NCBI GenBank assembly: GCA_964638435.1 | Contig: CAZXAY010000002.1 | Coordinates: forward strand, 15,661 to 47,660 | Direction: 5' to 3' | Source: an uncultured Candidatus Saccharibacteria bacterium | Lineage (GTDB): Bacteria > Patescibacteriota > UBA1384 > JAMDBS01 > CAZXAY01 | DNA length: 32,000 nt | Shown: piece by piece, positions 17,700 through 26,116 of the stretch | Position numbering within the stretch: position 1 is the stretch's first letter | Layout of the letters: every line of letters starts with the position of its first letter | The notes under the pieces: generated by a model | What the model saw: only the letters and a program-made list of their open reading frames with translations | Told to the model about the DNA's origin: nothing | Database searches by the model: none | Translations under genes and position numbers: made by a program

Positions 17700-18251
17700 A
17701 TGAGTAGAATAGGAAAACAACCAATAAATTTACCTGCAGGATTAAATGTCAGTATAACTGATCAGCTAATAGTTTTTCAAGGTACCAAGGGTAAACTCGA
17801 ATTGAATGTCCATCCAAAGATAAAAATAGACTATCAACAACAAGAAAATGTTATTAATGTTGAACGCAGAAATAATGATAAGCTTTCTCGATCTCTTCAT
17901 GGATTAACAAAAAGATTGCTAGAAAATATGGTCCAAGGTGTGTTAACAGGATTCGAAAAAAAATTAGAGATTATTGGAGTTGGCTACCGTGCCCAAATGA
18001 CAGGAGAAAAAATTACTATAAATATTGGGTATTCTCATCCTATTGAAGTTGCTCCACCAGCTGGTATCAACTTTAAGGTTGACAAAAATACAATAACAGT
18101 TTGTGGTATTGATAAACAACTTGTGGGTCAAGTAGCAGCAAATATTAGAGAAATTAGAAAACCAGAACCCTATAAAGGTAAAGGTATTAGATACTCAAAC
18201 GAAAAAATCAAAATTAAACCTGGTAAAGCAGCAAAAACCTCATCTGCCTAG
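17700..18251 (+). CDS. rplF: 50S ribosomal protein L6
   Basis: MSRIGKQPI start and PEPYKGKGIRY motif. Confidence 0.95.
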   Translation: MSRIGKQPINLPAGLNVSITDQLIVFQGTKGKLELNVHPKIKIDYQQQENVINVERRNNDKLSRSLHGLTKRLLENMVQGVLTGFEKKLEIIGVGYRAQMTGEKITINIGYSHPIEVAPPAGINFKVDKNTITVCGIDKQLVGQVAANIREIRKPEPYKGKGIRYSNEKIKIKPGKAAKTSSA

Positions 18252-18285
18252 TTGATTAATTTATAATTTGACAGAAAGATATTTT

Positions 18286-18627
18286 ATGACAAACAATAAT
18301 GAAAAATTATTAAGACGAAAAAATAGGGTTAGATCAAAAATTTCTGGCACAAATAACAGGCCGCGTTTAAGTGTTTTTAGAAGTAACACTCGATTAGAAG
18401 TACAGTTAATTAATGATGAAACTTCTAAAACATTGCTAGCATTAACGGATGATAAGTCCATTAAAAAAACAAAAACCGAAAAGGCCACCGATCTAGGTAA
18501 GATTTTTGCAGAAAAATCAATTAAAGCTGGATATAAGTCTATTGTATTTGATAGACGTGGTAATAAGTATCATGGTCGTATTAAAGCTTTCGCTGATAGT
18601 GCCCGCAGTAGTGGTTTAATATTTTAA
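18286..18627 (+). CDS. rplR: 50S ribosomal protein L18
   Basis: RRKNRVRSKISGTNNRPRLSVFRSN motif. ATG 18286 is preferred over the ORF-track TTG at 18268. Confidence 0.92.
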   Translation: MTNNNEKLLRRKNRVRSKISGTNNRPRLSVFRSNTRLEVQLINDETSKTLLALTDDKSIKKTKTEKATDLGKIFAEKSIKAGYKSIVFDRRGNKYHGRIKAFADSARSSGLIF

Positions 18628-18642
18628 TATTAATTGTTCTAA

Positions 18643-18841
18643 GGGTCTGTCGCCGAATGTGCTTTGGGAATGAAAATTAATCACATTTGAGCGAAAACTT
18701 TAGTAGATGACGATGCCTATCAGGTGATAAGCAGAGGAATATAATGAAGTTTGTCCTTCGACAGGCTCAGGATGGTGAGCAAAGTCGAACCACAGCCAAA
18801 TGTGGTAATTTTCAGCCAAAATGATGTTTGGCGACAAACCC
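18643..18841 (+). mobile_element. MITE copy 1 (~199 bp) between rplR and rpsE, flanked by the 5-bp direct duplication tctaa
   Basis: The ends are gggtctgtcgcc...ggcgacaaaccc. The arms stay complementary for ~50 nt. tctaa occurs at 18638-18642 and again at 18842-18846. By eye it is ~90% identical to the copies at 19855 and 24130. Confidence 0.85.
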
Positions 18842-18854
18842 TCTAAAGGATATT

Positions 18855-19457
18855 ATGGAAAAAGAAAAAAAAGAATTTGAAGAAAGAGTAATAGAGATTA
18901 GCCGTGTTTCTCGTACCGTAAAAGGTGGGAGAAGGCTTAGATTCCGAGCACTTGTTGCTATTGGTAACCTAAATGGTAAAATTGGTATTGGTATTGGTAA
19001 AGCAAATGAGGTTGCCCAAGCTGTTCAAAAAGCTGTTAATAGAGCAAAAAAGAATATGATTAGTGTTACTATTACTAATAACACTATCCTTCATGAAGTA
19101 AAAATGCATTTTGGTGGTGCATATATATTTTTAAAGCCTGCTGCACCAGGAACATCCGTAATCGCTGGTAGTACAATTAGAACAGTTATTGAGCTTGCAG
19201 GTATAAAGAATATTCTTAGTAAAGCTCATGGATCATCAAATAAAATTAATAACGTAATGGCTACATTTCTCGCATTAGACAGCTTATCAAATAGAAGTGT
19301 TGGCCAAGACAAATATATTTCTAAATTGAAAGATAAAGCTGATTCTGATGAAAATATCGATAGTTCTTTAACAAAATCTGAATCAGGTGAAAATAAAAAA
19401 TCAACAAAATCTAATATATCTAAGGTAAAAAATGAAACTCAACGAGCTAAAAAATAA
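18855..19457 (+). CDS. rpsE: 30S ribosomal protein S5 (acidic/Lys-rich C-terminal extension)
   Basis: The start is set at [27 protein letters not shown] with SD aaagga (18845-18850). The ORF-track TTG at 18828 lies inside the MITE and is rejected. Confidence 0.93.
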   Translation: MEKEKKEFEERVIEISRVSRTVKGGRRLRFRALVAIGNLNGKIGIGIGKANEVAQAVQKAVNRAKKNMISVTITNNTILHEVKMHFGGAYIFLKPAAPGTSVIAGSTIRTVIELAGIKNILSKAHGSSNKINNVMATFLALDSLSNRSVGQDKYISKLKDKADSDENIDSSLTKSESGENKKSTKSNISKVKNETQRAKK

Positions 19458-19845
19458 TTTTTCTAAAGACTCTGGCAAAAGATTAGGCAGGGGCCACGGA
19501 AGTGGTAAAGGTAAAACAAGTGGCCGTGGTCATAAAGGTCAAAAAAGCCGAACTGGTTTTAATATCCCTAAAAGATTTGAAGGCGGTCAAACTTCCTTAA
19601 TCCAAAGGCTTCCCAAAGCCAGAGGAATCAAGAGCTTTATCAGCAAACCGGTGATTATTTCTTACCAGGTTTTACAACAAAAATTTGCTAGTGGTACGAT
19701 AATAAGTCCAAAAGTGCTTTTACTATCTGGTTTAGTTGATTCAATAAAACCAAGAGTTAAAATACTTGGACCATATATTGGTGATAAAACTTTTGTTATC
19801 AAAAATTGCCTAACCTCAAAATCTTACCCCAAAAAGACAAATTAA
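19432..19845 (+). CDS. rplO: 50S ribosomal protein L15
   Basis: [22 protein letters not shown] motif. It overlaps the rpsE 3' end by 26 nt, which leaves no room for rpmD (L30). Confidence 0.93.
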   Translation: MKLNELKNNFSKDSGKRLGRGHGSGKGKTSGRGHKGQKSRTGFNIPKRFEGGQTSLIQRLPKARGIKSFISKPVIISYQVLQQKFASGTIISPKVLLLSGLVDSIKPRVKILGPYIGDKTFVIKNCLTSKSYPKKTN

Positions 19846-19854
19846 AACTTAATA

Positions 19855-20055
19855 GGGTCTGTCGCCGAATGTGCTTTGGGAATGAAAATTAATCATATTC
19901 GAGCGAAAACTTTAGTAAGCTACGATGCCTATCAGGTATGATAAGCAGAGAAGATTAATAAAGTTTGTCCTTCGACAGGCTCAGGATGGTGAGCAAAGTC
20001 GAACCACAGCCGAATATGGTAATTTTCAGCCAAAATGATGTTTGGCGACAGTCCC
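19855..20055 (+). mobile_element. MITE copy 2 (~201 bp) between rplO and secY, flanked by the 5-bp duplication taata
   Basis: The ends are gggtctgtcgcc...ggcgacagtccc. taata occurs at 19850-19854 and at 20056-20060. Confidence 0.85.
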
Positions 20056-20073
20056 TAATAGTTTAAGGATCAA

Positions 20074-21348
20074 ATGCAAACAAATATCTCAAAAATATTT
20101 AAATTACCAGACTTACGTAATAAAATATTGATTACGGTAATATTATTAGTAATCTTTAGACTATTTGCGAATATTCCTTTACCTGGCGTCAATATTGATG
20201 AATTAAAAGATTTTTTTAATAACAATCAATTTTTTGGCATGATGAATATGTTTTCTGGTGGTGCTATGAAAAACTTTTCTTTAGCCATGATGGGTGTAGG
20301 ACCATATATTACCTCATCAATAATCTTTCAACTATTAACAATGATTGTTCCATCACTCGAAAATTTATCTAAAGAAGGGGATACTGGTAGACAAAAAATT
20401 AATCAATATACTAGAATTGTAACCGTGCCTCTTGCCCTTGTCCAATCATTTGCAATGATATCTTTATTAAAAAGTCAAGGTATAATTTCTGGCTGGCATG
20501 GTTTAGAACTTTTTACAATGTTATCTGCTCTAACAGCTGGTACAATATTATTGATGTGGTTAGGAGAATTAATATCAGAAAAAGGTATTGGTAATGGCAT
20601 ATCTCTAATTATTACTATTGGAATAATCTCTTCTGTCCCACCAATGATATTACAAACAATTTACGGACGAGATTTGTCAGATATATCGCAAGTAATTAGC
20701 CTCTTGATCTTTGGCGCTTTGGCTATAATTGTTACAGGATTAATTGTCTGGTTTAATTATTCAGAAAGACAAATCCCCATAACTTATGCTAGGAGGGTAA
20801 GAGGCATTAACAGTGGAGGAGTTGATACTTATTTACCACTCAGAGTTACTATGGCCGGAGTTATTCCAATAATTTTTGCTTTGTCCATAATGATTTTTCC
20901 AGGAGTAATTGCCAAGTTTTTTCAAGAAGCTCGCAGTGTTTCTTTGGCCAACTCTGCCAAATGGGTTGAACAATTATTTCAAAACCAAACTTTTTATGGT
21001 ATTACTTACTTTGTTATGGTAGTATTATTTACATTCTTCTACACATCAGTAGTTTTTAAACCAGATCAGGTTTCTGAAAATCTACAAAAACGAAGTGGAT
21101 TTATCCCGGGTCTTCGTCCTGGTAAAGAAACATCTCAATATCTTGAGTTTGTAGTTAGTAGAATTACTTTACTGGGGGCAGTCTTTTTGGGCTTAATTGC
21201 AGTTATGCCATTTATCATACCAAAAATCACTGACATTAGTAATATGGTTCTAGGCGGCACGGGAATTTTAATTGTTGTATCGGTAATACTTGATACAATT
21301 AGACAAATAAAAGCCCAAATAATTATGCGAAATTATGATCATTATTAA
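20074..21348 (+). CDS. secY: preprotein translocase subunit SecY
   Basis: 424-aa polytopic membrane protein with the GVGPYITSSIIFQLL block, in the canonical position after rplO. Confidence 0.95.
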   Translation: MQTNISKIFKLPDLRNKILITVILLVIFRLFANIPLPGVNIDELKDFFNNNQFFGMMNMFSGGAMKNFSLAMMGVGPYITSSIIFQLLTMIVPSLENLSKEGDTGRQKINQYTRIVTVPLALVQSFAMISLLKSQGIISGWHGLELFTMLSALTAGTILLMWLGELISEKGIGNGISLIITIGIISSVPPMILQTIYGRDLSDISQVISLLIFGALAIIVTGLIVWFNYSERQIPITYARRVRGINSGGVDTYLPLRVTMAGVIPIIFALSIMIFPGVIAKFFQEARSVSLANSAKWVEQLFQNQTFYGITYFVMVVLFTFFYTSVVFKPDQVSENLQKRSGFIPGLRPGKETSQYLEFVVSRITLLGAVFLGLIAVMPFIIPKITDISNMVLGGTGILIVVSVILDTIRQIKAQIIMRNYDHY

Positions 21349-21417
21349 TCATATTTCTCGCATCAAATATTACCTCTAATTTATAAATGCATTTAATACT
21401 AATAATTTGGATATTTT

Positions 21418-22461
21418 ATGTCAAAATTACAACAAAACAAAAGTTTATTTAATTTAATGATTGTAGTTTTGGGAATAATAGCCATTGGTATATTATTTAC
21501 CACCAATGGAAGCAAACTCACAACAAAAACAACATCTAATTCTGACGACATCAGTCAAAATAATCAAAATCAAGGTGGCGGTGATCTAGATACTAAAAAA
21601 CTTGTTGAAACCATACCTACCCAAAAAATTTTATACAGTATAATAAATGATAAATATACTGATATTTATTCCTATGATTTTGTGACTAATAAACCATCAA
21701 AAGTTTTTACAGACAAAGATGAAGTTGATAAAATTAAAACTATATCATCTATAACAAATGAAGGTAAAGTGCTAGCGTTAATGAGCCAACCTGGACAAGA
21801 ATTTTCTGGCAAACTATATTTAATTAGAACCGATGGATCTGGTAAAAAAGAATTATTAATAGATGATTTTGCTAGTCCACAACCTGCTCAAATATCTCCA
21901 GATGGTAAAAAACTCTGTTATATATTGTTCTCTAATTCTGAGAAAGATTTTGGTTTTAAATTAATTGAGGCTGATAGTGATGGCTCTAACAAAAAACAAC
22001 TTACCACTGATACAACCAATATATCTCAACTAGGCTGGTCCCCTGATTCTAATAGTTTTGTATACATCAAAAGCAATAATAATGATATGTATAAAATTAA
22101 TATCACTACCTTAAAAGAAGAAAAAATTACGACTTTTAATGATGATCAATTACAAAGCTTTTCATGGAGTGAAATTGGAATTATTATTAGTAAATATCAA
22201 AAAGGAAATAATAATTTTAATAATGCCGAAATTTTTACTATTAATCTAACCGATAATTCTACTAAAAAAATTACTAGCAATTCACTTTACGATAATTTTG
22301 CTTATTACGATTCATTGGGTAATTTAGTATATTTGAGTCTTGATTATGATATTAAAGATGCCAATATACTTTATAAACAAGGGAAAATTCAACTATTATC
22401 CACAAATGGGATTACCAAAGAAGTTACTAACGCTAATCAAATATTAGGCTGGAAAAATTAA
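21418..22461 (+). CDS. membrane-anchored TolB-like (PD40 beta-propeller repeat) protein
   Basis: N-terminal TM LFNLMIVVLGIIAIGILFTT. Repeated ISPDGKKLCY and WSPDSNSFVY motifs are typical of PD40/WD40-like propeller blades. Confidence 0.55.
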   Translation: MSKLQQNKSLFNLMIVVLGIIAIGILFTTNGSKLTTKTTSNSDDISQNNQNQGGGDLDTKKLVETIPTQKILYSIINDKYTDIYSYDFVTNKPSKVFTDKDEVDKIKTISSITNEGKVLALMSQPGQEFSGKLYLIRTDGSGKKELLIDDFASPQPAQISPDGKKLCYILFSNSEKDFGFKLIEADSDGSNKKQLTTDTTNISQLGWSPDSNSFVYIKSNNNDMYKINITTLKEEKITTFNDDQLQSFSWSEIGIIISKYQKGNNNFNNAEIFTINLTDNSTKKITSNSLYDNFAYYDSLGNLVYLSLDYDIKDANILYKQGKIQLLSTNGITKEVTNANQILGWKN

Positions 22462-23138
22462 TGAAAGATTTTACTCTAATTATTTACGCCTTGCCAGGGG
22501 GAGGTAAAGGAACACAAGGTAAATACCTACGTGACAAATATAATGCAAATTACCTTTCAAGTGGCGATATAATAAGAAAACTCAAGGAAGAATCTAGCCC
22601 ATTGGGTAAAGAAATAAAAAATCGTTATAACAAAGGTATCCCCCAACCTGATAAAGTAATCATGGAAATTTTTGGTAATTCTATCAAAAAACTAGTTACC
22701 GATACGGCCAATAAAAAATTTGTTATTGATGGTTTTCCAAAAACTGCTAATCAAGCAGAGTTTTTAGACAAATTATCCGCTCAATTAAATATGGCAAATC
22801 CAATATTTATTTATTTAGATGTTGATGCTAGCTCCGTAATTAAAAGAATTTCTTCCAGACTATTTTGTCACGAATGTGGTGCAAGCTATTTGCCATTACA
22901 AAATGAATTTGTTGAAAAAAAATGTTTCAAATGTAATGGCTTACTGCAAATCCGCGATGATGATAAACCTGAGGTTGTAAAAACAAGAATTTTGGAAGAA
23001 AAAAAGAGAATAAAAACCTTACTTGAATATTATAAAAAAACCAACAGATTATTAATTATTGATGGTAAACCTGCAATTACTAAAGTCAACCAATTAATAA
23101 TTGATTCCTTAAGAAAAAATGGAATAATTAATGACTAA
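22461..23138 (+). CDS. adk: adenylate kinase (Cys4 zinc lid)
   Basis: P-loop LPGGGKGTQ. The lid carries CHECG...CFKCNG. Confidence 0.92.
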   Translation: MKDFTLIIYALPGGGKGTQGKYLRDKYNANYLSSGDIIRKLKEESSPLGKEIKNRYNKGIPQPDKVIMEIFGNSIKKLVTDTANKKFVIDGFPKTANQAEFLDKLSAQLNMANPIFIYLDVDASSVIKRISSRLFCHECGASYLPLQNEFVEKKCFKCNGLLQIRDDDKPEVVKTRILEEKKRIKTLLEYYKKTNRLLIIDGKPAITKVNQLIIDSLRKNGIIND

Positions 23139-23877
23139 TATAAAAACTTCTGATGAAATTATTATTATGGAAGAAGCCGGTAAAATACTAGCAGAAGTTT
23201 TTAAAAAAACTATCAAAGTTATTATACCCGGTATGACAAAACTAGAATTAGATACTATCATAGAAAAATTTATTATTGAATCTGGCGCAACCCCCTCATT
23301 TAAAAATTATAAAGGTTACAAATATTCTAGCTGTTTATCTGTTAATTCTGAAATTGTCCATGGAATGCCCAATAATGATGTTATCAATGACGGTGACATA
23401 TTAGGCATTGATATTGGAGTCAATTATAATGGTTATCATGCCGATTCTGCTATCACTGTTCCTATTGGAAAAGTTGATACAGTTGCGCAAGAATTAATTA
23501 ATGTAACTAAAAAATCGTTAGACTTGGCAATAAGTAAAATTAAACCAGGTGTGACAATAGGTCAAATTCAAAAAACTATACAAAATTTTGTAGAAAGTAA
23601 AAATTATTGCTTAGTTCGCAGTTATTCTGGACATGGCATTGGCAAAAATCTCCAAGAAGACCCAATTATTCCTAATTATTATGGATTAAATAACCATCTG
23701 ATTATCAAAGAAAATGCCGTTTTTTGTATTGAACCAATGGTTATAGTAGGAAAAAATCACCATGTTGCAGTTAAAAACGATGGTTGGACGGTAATTTCTG
23801 CTAGTGACCAGCTTGCTGCACATTTTGAGCATACTGTAGCTGTTACTAAAAAAAATTGTAAAGTATTGACTAAATAA
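23131..23877 (+). CDS. map: methionine aminopeptidase, type I
   Basis: 248 aa with metal-ligand context GIDIGVNYNGYHADSA, GHGIG and FCIEP...EHTV. Confidence 0.93.
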   Translation: MTNIKTSDEIIIMEEAGKILAEVFKKTIKVIIPGMTKLELDTIIEKFIIESGATPSFKNYKGYKYSSCLSVNSEIVHGMPNNDVINDGDILGIDIGVNYNGYHADSAITVPIGKVDTVAQELINVTKKSLDLAISKIKPGVTIGQIQKTIQNFVESKNYCLVRSYSGHGIGKNLQEDPIIPNYYGLNNHLIIKENAVFCIEPMVIVGKNHHVAVKNDGWTVISASDQLAAHFEHTVAVTKKNCKVLTK

Positions 23878-23910
23878 TAATCATATGATATTATATTTTT
23901 GTAAACACAA

Positions 23911-24123
23911 ATGACAAAAGATGTTATACAACAAGAAGGTATTGTGATTGAAGCATTACCTAATGCTCTATTTAAGGTTAAACTTGGAAATGAGCATGAG
24001 ATTCTTTGTCATATATCTGGCAAAATTAGAATGAATTTTATTAAAATTATGCCTGGAGATAAAGTTATTGTCGAGCTTACACCTTATGACTTATCTAAAG
24101 GCAGAATAACAAGAAGATTATAA
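23911..24123 (+). CDS. infA: translation initiation factor IF-1
   Basis: 70-aa S1-like OB protein with [16 protein letters not shown]...[18 protein letters not shown]. Confidence 0.95.
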   Translation: MTKDVIQQEGIVIEALPNALFKVKLGNEHEILCHISGKIRMNFIKIMPGDKVIVELTPYDLSKGRITRRL

Positions 24124-24129
24124 TTATTA

Positions 24130-24331
24130 GGGTGCTGTCGCTGAATGTGCTTTTGAGATTAAAATTAGCCACATTCGAGCGAAAACTTTAGTAGATGACG
24201 ATGCCTATCAGGTATGATAAGCGGAGGAGACTAATAAAGTTTGTCCTTCGACAGGCTCAGGATGGTGAGCAAAGTCGAACCACAGGCAAATGTGGTAATT
24301 TTTAGCCAAAATGACGTTTGGCGACAGCACC
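24130..24331 (+). mobile_element. MITE copy 3 (~202 bp) between infA and rpmJ, flanked by atta (4 bp clear, 5th position ambiguous)
   Basis: The ends gggtgctgtcgc...gcgacagcacc carry paired changes that keep the terminal stem. atta occurs at 24126-24129 and at 24332-24335. Confidence 0.8.
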
Positions 24332-24345
24332 ATTAGAAAGTATTT

Positions 24346-24492
24346 ATGAATGTGGTAACACCGTCAGTTAAAAAAAGATGTGATAAATGTAAAATAATCA
24401 GAAGAAGTAAAAAAGGTAAAAGTTTTCATACTAAAAAACCTCGACTTTTTGTAAGATGCGAAAATAGACGACACAACCAAAGTCAAGGATAA
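24346..24492 (+). CDS. rpmJ: 50S ribosomal protein L36 (extended, 48 aa); not in the ORF track
   Basis: Hand translation: MNVVTPSVKKRCDKCKIIRRSKKGKSFHTKKPRLFVRCENRRHNQSQG. It has the L36 signature SVKK.C.KCK.IRR...V.CEN.RH.Q.QG with an ~11-aa internal insertion. Confidence 0.85.
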   Translation: MNVVTPSVKKRCDKCKIIRRSKKGKSFHTKKPRLFVRCENRRHNQSQG

Positions 24493-24496
24493 TATA

Positions 24497-24581
24497 ATTG
24501 TTAATTTGTTAAATGGTTAATTTGGGTTAGATATGATAGATAAATCAACTAGTTAACTAATTAATCAATCAACAAAGTAAC
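24497..24581 (+). promoter_or_regulatory. long imperfect GTTAAT / TTAAC hairpin spacer upstream of rpsM
   Basis: The 5' arm is attgttaatttgttaaatggttaatttggg and the 3' arm is aaatcaactagttaactaattaatcaatcaacaaagtaac. It shares two 10-11-mers with the rplN-rplX spacer, in the same order and at the same distance from the ATG. Confidence 0.55.
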
Positions 24582-24591
24582 TGGGGTTAAA

Positions 24592-24978
24592 ATGGCAAGA
24601 TTAATGGGATTAAATATTCCAGATAATAAAAGAATAGTGATTAGCTTAACCTACATTTATGGTATCGGCAATTCTAGCGCTCAAAAAATAATTGCCCAGT
24701 CTGGTATCGATCCAAATAGACGTACTAATAGTTTAACTAATCCGGAACTTGATAAACTCAGAGAAGTTATAGAAAAAAATCTTAAGGTGGAGGGCGACTT
24801 AAGAATGTTAGTAAATCAAAATGTTAAAAGATTAAAAGAAATTAATTCTTATAGAGGAGTTAGACATTTAAAAAAATTACCAGCTAGAGGTCAAAGAACA
24901 AAAACAAACGCACGCACCAAAAGAGGTAAGAAAGTCTGTGTTGGTAGTGGACGCCGGGACACCTCACAAAAAACATAA
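24592..24978 (+). CDS. rpsM: 30S ribosomal protein S13
   Basis: MARLMGLNIPDNKR start and YRGVRH motif. Confidence 0.95.
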   Translation: MARLMGLNIPDNKRIVISLTYIYGIGNSSAQKIIAQSGIDPNRRTNSLTNPELDKLREVIEKNLKVEGDLRMLVNQNVKRLKEINSYRGVRHLKKLPARGQRTKTNARTKRGKKVCVGSGRRDTSQKT

Positions 24979-25075
24979 TTCGATACTAATATACGAATTT
25001 GACTAATAATACAAATGTCTAGATATTTCAGTATAATTCGCATACATTGGTATACTAGCATCACACAAGGTATTT

Positions 25076-25468
25076 ATGGCTAAAAATGTTAAATTAAATA
25101 AAAAAAAGAAAGTTAATAAAAAAGTTACTCTAGGTAAAATGTTTATCCAAGCAACTTTTAATAACACTCTTGTTTCTATTACGGATAGTAATGGCGGGGT
25201 TCTTTCTTGGTCATCTGCTGGATCGCTTGGATTTAAAGGTGCCAGAAAAGCAACACCTTACGCTGCTCAACTTGCAGCGCAAGCCGCTATAGAAAAAGCA
25301 AAAAAATTTGGTTTAGAAACAATCGAGGTTTTTATATCTGGTATTGGTTCTGGCAGAGAATCTGCTGTAAGAAGTCTATTGGGTAGTGGGATTACAGTAA
25401 CTTCCATTAAAGATGTTACACCTATTCCGCACAATGGTTGCAGACCCAAAAAGGTTAGAAGAGTATAA
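25076..25468 (+). CDS. rpsK: 30S ribosomal protein S11
   Basis: [14 protein letters not shown] and [14 protein letters not shown] motifs. Confidence 0.95.
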   Translation: MAKNVKLNKKKKVNKKVTLGKMFIQATFNNTLVSITDSNGGVLSWSSAGSLGFKGARKATPYAAQLAAQAAIEKAKKFGLETIEVFISGIGSGRESAVRSLLGSGITVTSIKDVTPIPHNGCRPKKVRRV

Positions 25469-25486
25469 AATAATTGGAAATCAAAT

Positions 25487-26080
25487 ATGAAAGAAGCTGT
25501 TTGCAAAAAATGCAGAAGAGAGCAAGCAAAATTATTTTTAAAAGGCGAGAGATGTTTATCATCTAAATGTAGTTTTGTAAAGCGTCCATATGCACCAGGT
25601 CCAGCGGGACAAAATCGCGCTGGTAAATTTTCTGATTATAAAAAACAATTAAGGGCTAAGCAAAAAGCAAGAACCATATATGGTATTTACGAAAAACAAT
25701 TCAAAAAATATTATCTAGAAGCTGCTAAGTCAAAAGGTATGACTGGCGCAACCCTGTTACAGCTATTAGAAAGAAGATTAGATAATGTTGTTTATAGATC
25801 GGGTTTCTGTTTTTCAAGAGCTGAGGCAAAACAATATATCAGTCATAGACATGTTATGGTTAATGACAAGATTTTAAATATTCCATCATATCTAATTAAA
25901 GAAAATGATACAATTAAATTAATAGATAAAGATAAAAAAATTAATAAAAAGTCAGAAATCCCGGTATGGATTAAACTAGATAACAAGGATTTAAAAGCCA
26001 GTATCATTAAATATCCTACAAGAGAAGATATTGAGACAGAAATCGAAGAACAATTAATTGTAGAATTCTATAGCAGATAA
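25487..26080 (+). CDS. rpsD: 30S ribosomal protein S4 (N-terminal Cys cluster)
   Basis: CKKCRREQ...CLSSKC cluster and an S4 domain (LERRLDNVVYR). Confidence 0.94.
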   Translation: MKEAVCKKCRREQAKLFLKGERCLSSKCSFVKRPYAPGPAGQNRAGKFSDYKKQLRAKQKARTIYGIYEKQFKKYYLEAAKSKGMTGATLLQLLERRLDNVVYRSGFCFSRAEAKQYISHRHVMVNDKILNIPSYLIKENDTIKLIDKDKKINKKSEIPVWIKLDNKDLKASIIKYPTREDIETEIEEQLIVEFYSR

Positions 26081-26116
26081 TAACCTAAAAAAATTTCCAA
26101 TAATTTGGAGGTCAAA

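Noticed and set aside
18643-18841. Self-cleaving ribozyme or known riboswitch/ribosomal-protein leader as the explanation for the 200-nt repeats
   Set aside because: I could not find a hammerhead core (CUGAUGA...GAAA arrangement) or any other recognisable ribozyme or riboswitch signature by eye. Near-identical copies, each flanked by its own copy-specific direct duplication, fit a mobile element better than three independent leaders. I cannot exclude an RNA motif without a covariance-model search.
18828-18854. N-terminal extension of rpsE (ORF-track TTG start, MATNPLKDI...)
   Set aside because: These codons lie inside the 3' inverted repeat of MITE copy 1. A good SD (aaagga) precedes ATG 18855, which gives a canonical S5 N-terminus.
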